Source of the DNA: Candidatus Omnitrophota bacterium
GTDB taxonomy: Bacteria; Omnitrophota; Gorgyraeia; Gygaellales; Profunditerraquicolaceae
Direction of reading: 5' to 3'
Length of the DNA: 64,000 bases
NCBI GenBank assembly: GCA_041662125.1
Contig: JBAZTA010000004.1
Coordinates: 64,343-128,342 of the forward strand
Translations under genes and position numbers: made by a program
The notes under the pieces: model-generated
Database searches by the model: none
What the model was told of the DNA's origin: nothing
The model's input: only the letters and a program-made list of their open reading frames with translations
Shown: positions 59,235 to 64,000 of the stretch, piece after piece
How positions within the stretch are numbered: the stretch's first letter is position 1
Layout: the number at the start of each line of letters is the position of its first letter

Positions 59235-61113
59235 ACCTTCTGTAGCTTCGTGCGGCTGCCGCGTGTCCCTTGATTCTATAGAGTGCCCGGCGGACCTGAA
59301 AAAGCTCACCTTTGAACAACTGTCTCAATTGGCCGCGCAGGTACGTTCGCGCATGATCGATGTTGTTTCCAAGAACGGCGGCCATTTAGCTTCCAGCCTC
59401 GGAACGGTAGAGTTGATCATGGCGCTGCATTATTGTTTTAACGCGCCTGAAGATAAGATCGTTTTTGACGTCGGCCACCAGGCCTACGCGCATAAAATAC
59501 TGACCGGCCGCAACAAGAATTTTGATAGCTTACGGAAGTACCAGGGAATAACGGGCTTCCCCTGTAAAGAAGAATCTCCCTACGATATTTTTACTACCGG
59601 ACACTCCTCCAACGCTATTTCACTGGCGCTCGGGTTAGTAGCCGCCCGGGACAGCCAGAAGCAGTCGTATAGAGTTGCCGCGGTCATCGGCGACGGCTCC
59701 TTGAGCGGGGGTTTATGTTTTGAGGGCTTGAATAACGCGGGCCACTTGAAAAAAGATATCCTCATCGTTTTGAATACTAATGAATTAAGTATCGCTCCTA
59801 ATGTCGGCTCATTAAGCACCTATCTGAACAAGGTCATTTCTTTGCCGCTCTATAACCGCTTCAGGGATTCTCTGGAAGGTTTTGTGAAATCGCGTATCCC
59901 TAAAGGCCGTCGCTTGATCACTATCGCCAATAAATTTGAAGAAGGCTTGAAGGGGCTTTTTGTCCCGGGAATGCTCTTTGAAGAATTAGGCTTTCGTTAT
60001 TTCGGCCCCTTCGACGGGCATAACCTGCACACGCTTATCCCGGCGCTCAAGAACATCCTGAATATTAAAGGGCCGCGGCTGGTGCATATCATTACTAAGA
60101 AGGGCAAAGGCTATACCCCGGCGGAAAATGACCCGGTGCGTTTCCACAGCGCCGGTCCTTTTGAAATAGCTACCGGCAAGCCATTAGCCGGCAATACCTC
60201 AGGAGTGAAGAGCTACACGGAAATTTTTAGTGATAAAATCGTTTCTTTGGCAGAAAAGAACCCCAAGATCATGGCGATCACTGCCGCGATGCCTGAAGGC
60301 ACGGGGTTGGATAAATTCCGGGACCGTTTTCCGGAAAGATTCTTTGATGTGGGGATTGCGGAGGCTCACGCGGTTTGTTTTGCCGGCGGTTTAGCTGCCG
60401 GCGGTTTTAAGCCGGTTGTTGCGGTATACTCTACTTTTCTGCAGCGGGCAATCGATCAGATCGTTGAAGATGTAGCGCTGCAAAAATTACCGGTAGTTTT
60501 CGCGCTTGACCGCGCTGGTGTTGTGGGAGAAGATGGGGCAACGCATCAGGGTATTTTTGATATCGCGTTTTTGCGCACTATCCCGAACCTGACGATCATG
60601 GCGCCTATTAACGCGGAAGAATTTGAAAAAATGCTTGAGTTTGCCGTGGGATTAGATACGCCGGCAGTGATACGATACCCTAAAGCGGCATGCCCCCTGG
60701 CGTTGGCGCCGGTAAGCGCTATAGAAAAAGGCAAAGCTGAAATAGTCAGGGCCGGAAAAAATTGCTGCCTTATTGCTTTAGGGAGCATGGTAGTTCCTGC
60801 CTGTGAAGCTGCCGTTTTGTTAGAGAAACAAGGGATTTACGTTACGGTTATTAACGCGCGTTTTGTAAAACCATTAGATACTGTTTTATTTAAGAACGTC
60901 GAGGAAAAGTACAAATATATATTTAGTATAGAAGAAGGGGTTGTTGAGGGTGGCTTTGGAAGCGCGGTCAGCGAAGTAATTAATAAGCCTGTGATCAAAA
61001 TAGGCCTGCCTTCGGAATTCCTCCAGCACGGTAAAAGAGAGATTTTATTAGAGAAGCACGGATTGACGAAAGAAGGTATCGTTAAGACCGTAATTAACAA
61101 GACCCGGTCTTGA
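59212..61113 (+). CDS. dxs: 1-deoxy-D-xylulose-5-phosphate synthase.
   Basis: GHLASSLGTVEL and VGHQAYAHKILTGR TPP-binding motifs. The probable start is the Met at 59212, overlapping the xseB 3' end. Confidence 0.93.
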   Translation: MIKKEIPKPSVASCGCRVSLDSIECPADLKKLTFEQLSQLAAQVRSRMIDVVSKNGGHLASSLGTVELIMALHYCFNAPEDKIVFDVGHQAYAHKILTGRNKNFDSLRKYQGITGFPCKEESPYDIFTTGHSSNAISLALGLVAARDSQKQSYRVAAVIGDGSLSGGLCFEGLNNAGHLKKDILIVLNTNELSIAPNVGSLSTYLNKVISLPLYNRFRDSLEGFVKSRIPKGRRLITIANKFEEGLKGLFVPGMLFEELGFRYFGPFDGHNLHTLIPALKNILNIKGPRLVHIITKKGKGYTPAENDPVRFHSAGPFEIATGKPLAGNTSGVKSYTEIFSDKIVSLAEKNPKIMAITAAMPEGTGLDKFRDRFPERFFDVGIAEAHAVCFAGGLAAGGFKPVVAVYSTFLQRAIDQIVEDVALQKLPVVFALDRAGVVGEDGATHQGIFDIAFLRTIPNLTIMAPINAEEFEKMLEFAVGLDTPAVIRYPKAACPLALAPVSAIEKGKAEIVRAGKNCCLIALGSMVVPACEAAVLLEKQGIYVTVINARFVKPLDTVLFKNVEEKYKYIFSIEEGVVEGGFGSAVSEVINKPVIKIGLPSEFLQHGKREILLEKHGLTKEGIVKTVINKTRS

Positions 61114-61180
61114 CCTGAAGTTTTAAATTATAGATAAGACCGGGTCTTGAAATATCTTGAAATATTGTTAATTTTAAAAC

Positions 61181-61384
61181 ATGGCTAAGATAACGATTGA
61201 TAGGAATAGATGTAAGGGGTGTTTATTATGCATCCGGTTTTGTCCTAAAGGCGCACTGCTGGTGGATAAAGATTTAAACGTCCGGGGGTTAAGGCCGGTC
61301 AAGTTCAAAAATGATGCTGACTGTTTGGGGTGCATGCTGTGCGCCTTGATGTGCCCGGATTGTTGTATTGAGGTGTTTAAGTAA
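61181..61384 (+). CDS. 2-oxoacid:ferredoxin oxidoreductase delta subunit (2x[4Fe-4S] ferredoxin).
   Basis: Two CxxCxxCxxxCP-like motifs (CKGCLLCIRFCP; CLGCMLCALMCP). 67 aa. Confidence 0.8.
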   Translation: MAKITIDRNRCKGCLLCIRFCPKGALLVDKDLNVRGLRPVKFKNDADCLGCMLCALMCPDCCIEVFK

Positions 61385-62458
61385 ATGAGTAAAAAAATAC
61401 TGATGACGGGGAATGAAGCAATTGCCGCCGGAGCGATCCAGGCGGGATGCCGCTTTTACGCGGGTTACCCGATTACTCCTCAAAATGAGTTGATCGCCTA
61501 TATGGCAAAGTATATGCCGCAGGCAAACGGCATATTTATTCAGGCGGAATCGGAATTAGCCGCGATCAATATGGTCTTTGGCGCGGCTGCGGCTGGCGCG
61601 CGGGCAATGACTTCGTCTTCCAGTCCTGGGATGAGCCTGAAGCAAGAAGGGATTTCTTATATCGCAGGCGCAGAGTTACCCGCGGTCATTGTGAATATGA
61701 TGCGCGGCGGGCCTGGGTTAGGCAATATTGCCCCCTCCCAGTCGGATTATTTTCAGGCGACCCGCTGCGGCCACGGCGATTATCACGCGATCGTCTTAGC
61801 GCCTTCAACGGTGCATGAGGCGTATTATGGCATGCGAGAAGCTTTTGATCTGGCGGATAAATACCGTAACCCCGTTATTGTCCTGGGAGATGGAATGCTG
61901 GGGCAAATGATGGAGCCGTTAGAGGTTGCGCAGGCAGCAGCTGAAAGTAGTAAGTACAAAAAACCCTGGGCATTGAGTGGATGCCTTGGCCGCGCGCCCA
62001 ATGTCGTTAAATCATTTTATTTACATGAAGGAAAATTAGAAGAATTTAATTTGCTTTTGCAAAAAAAATACAAGCGGATCAAAGAAAAAGAGCAGCGCGC
62101 TGAAGTTATCCTGGCGGATGATGCCGAGATCGTTTTGGTCGCTTATGGCTCGATGGCGCGTATCGCTAAAGCCGCGGTGAAAACTTTACGCGCTCAAGGT
62201 ATCAAAGCCGGATTGATCCGTCCGATCAGCTTATGGCCTTTTCCCGAAACCATATTCCGGAAATTATCTGCCGGCAGGAAAAAACGCTCATTGCTTGTTG
62301 TGGAAATGTCTTACGGCCAGATGATCGAAGATGTCCGTTTATCAGTAGGCGACAGGTTCCCGGTTGAGTTTCTGGGGCGCGGAGGCGGCGGAGTGCCGTC
62401 GGAAAAAGAGATCATCGCGAAAGTCAAGCACGTAACAGGTAAAAAATTACATCGATGA
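61385..62458 (+). CDS. 2-oxoacid:ferredoxin oxidoreductase alpha subunit.
   Basis: MTGNEAIAAGAIQAGCRFYAGYPITPQNE. 357 aa. Confidence 0.85.
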   Translation: MSKKILMTGNEAIAAGAIQAGCRFYAGYPITPQNELIAYMAKYMPQANGIFIQAESELAAINMVFGAAAAGARAMTSSSSPGMSLKQEGISYIAGAELPAVIVNMMRGGPGLGNIAPSQSDYFQATRCGHGDYHAIVLAPSTVHEAYYGMREAFDLADKYRNPVIVLGDGMLGQMMEPLEVAQAAAESSKYKKPWALSGCLGRAPNVVKSFYLHEGKLEEFNLLLQKKYKRIKEKEQRAEVILADDAEIVLVAYGSMARIAKAAVKTLRAQGIKAGLIRPISLWPFPETIFRKLSAGRKKRSLLVVEMSYGQMIEDVRLSVGDRFPVEFLGRGGGGVPSEKEIIAKVKHVTGKKLHR

Positions 62459-63179
62459 AAAAAATATACAGCCACCCACAATCGTTACGTACGGTTTCAA
62501 CGCACTATTGCCCCGGCTGCGGGCATGGTATAGCCCATCGGCTTATAGCCGAAGTTATTGATGATCTCGATATCCGGGAACGCGTGATCGCGGTAGCTCC
62601 TGTCGGCTGCGCGGTGGTTGCCTATGATTATTGGGATTTTGATTGTTCGGAAGCAGCACACGGCCGGGCGCTCGCTGTGGCAACCGCAATAAAGCGAGTG
62701 CGGCCGCAGAATATTGTCTTTACTTACCAGGGCGATGGAGATTTAGCGGCGATAGGGGCTAATGAAACCATTCATGCCGCTAACCGCGGAGAGAACCTGA
62801 CGGTCATTTTTATTAATAATGCCATTTACGGGATGACCGGCGGACAGATGGCGCCGACAACACTTTTGCAGCAAAAGACGGCAACGACTCCGCTGGGCAG
62901 GGATGCCTCTCTTCAAGGGTATCCGCTTAAAATTTCAGAGATGCTGGCTTTATTGAACGGCGTTAAATACGTTGAACGTGTTTCTATACATACGCCTCAG
63001 GAAGTAATAAAAACTAAAAAAGCGATTAAACAGGCGTTCCAGAACCAGATCGACGGTATCGGTTTTTCGCTGGTTGAGATCATATCGCCGTGCCCGACGT
63101 ATTGGGAAATGCCGCCGGTTCAGGCGCTTGATTGGATAAAGGATTGTATGCTCAAAGAATTTCCTTTAGGAAGAATTAA

Positions 63180-63183
<4 letters not shown>
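62455..63183 (+). CDS. 2-oxoacid:ferredoxin oxidoreductase beta subunit (TPP-binding).
   Basis: CPGCGHG start and a GDG...N TPP motif. 242 aa. Confidence 0.85.

Positions 63184-64000
<817 letters not shown>

Overview
This looks like a 64 kb stretch of a bacterial chromosome spanning the replication origin. It most likely comes from an Omnitrophota-like or other uncultivated lineage, because it holds one uninterrupted 13.4 kb gene (4471 aa); this is inference only.

Gene order, minus strand, left part of the window:
- pyrK (partial), mutM, yjbQ, carB C-terminal half, tRNA-Arg, an EndoQ-like PHP nuclease, a Mut7-C RNase, then pyrC, pyrB and pyrR.
- A hairpin-dense non-coding region at 7950-8620 holding the pyr promoter and leader.
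- The giant secreted multi-enzyme gene (8625-22040).
- rsmI, glmS, tRNA-Glu, gyrA, gyrB, a DUF721 gene, dnaN and dnaA.

A candidate oriC with DnaA boxes lies at 33219-33620.

Gene order, plus strand, right part of the window:
- rpmH, yidD, yidC, a Jag_N-domain gene, parA, parB, ndk, yicC, gmk, rpoZ, coaC.
- tRNA-Cys, tRNA-Leu, tRNA-Val.
- A CpaF-like ATPase, thrS, infC (AUU start), rpmI, rplT.
- trkA, trkA, a 39-aa membrane peptide, trkH, a hypothetical gene, pheS, pheT.
- A candidate small RNA, an MTHFR-C-like gene, a 5-formyl-THF cyclo-ligase, rny, ymdB, a secreted hypothetical protein, xseA, xseB, dxs.
- A four-subunit 2-oxoacid:ferredoxin oxidoreductase and the start of gltX.

The strongest candidate for a novel system is the giant ORF. 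It is a signal-peptide-bearing mosaic of at least eight unrelated enzyme-like modules: kinase-like, alpha/beta-hydrolase, HEXXH, MBL-fold, PRTase-like, SAM methyltransferase, nucleotidyltransferase and a Pro/Lys repeat. The modules are separated by a recurring [R/K/Q]-S-[A/S/F]-G-S-P-[L/I/M/V] linker that is also conserved at the nucleotide level. It reads like a processed polyprotein or multi-effector toxin.

Other notable points are a split carB, rnpA absent from the rpmH-yidD junction, a pyr leader with covarying tandem repeats, and several candidate structured RNAs. No CRISPR array, transposase or integrase was seen.
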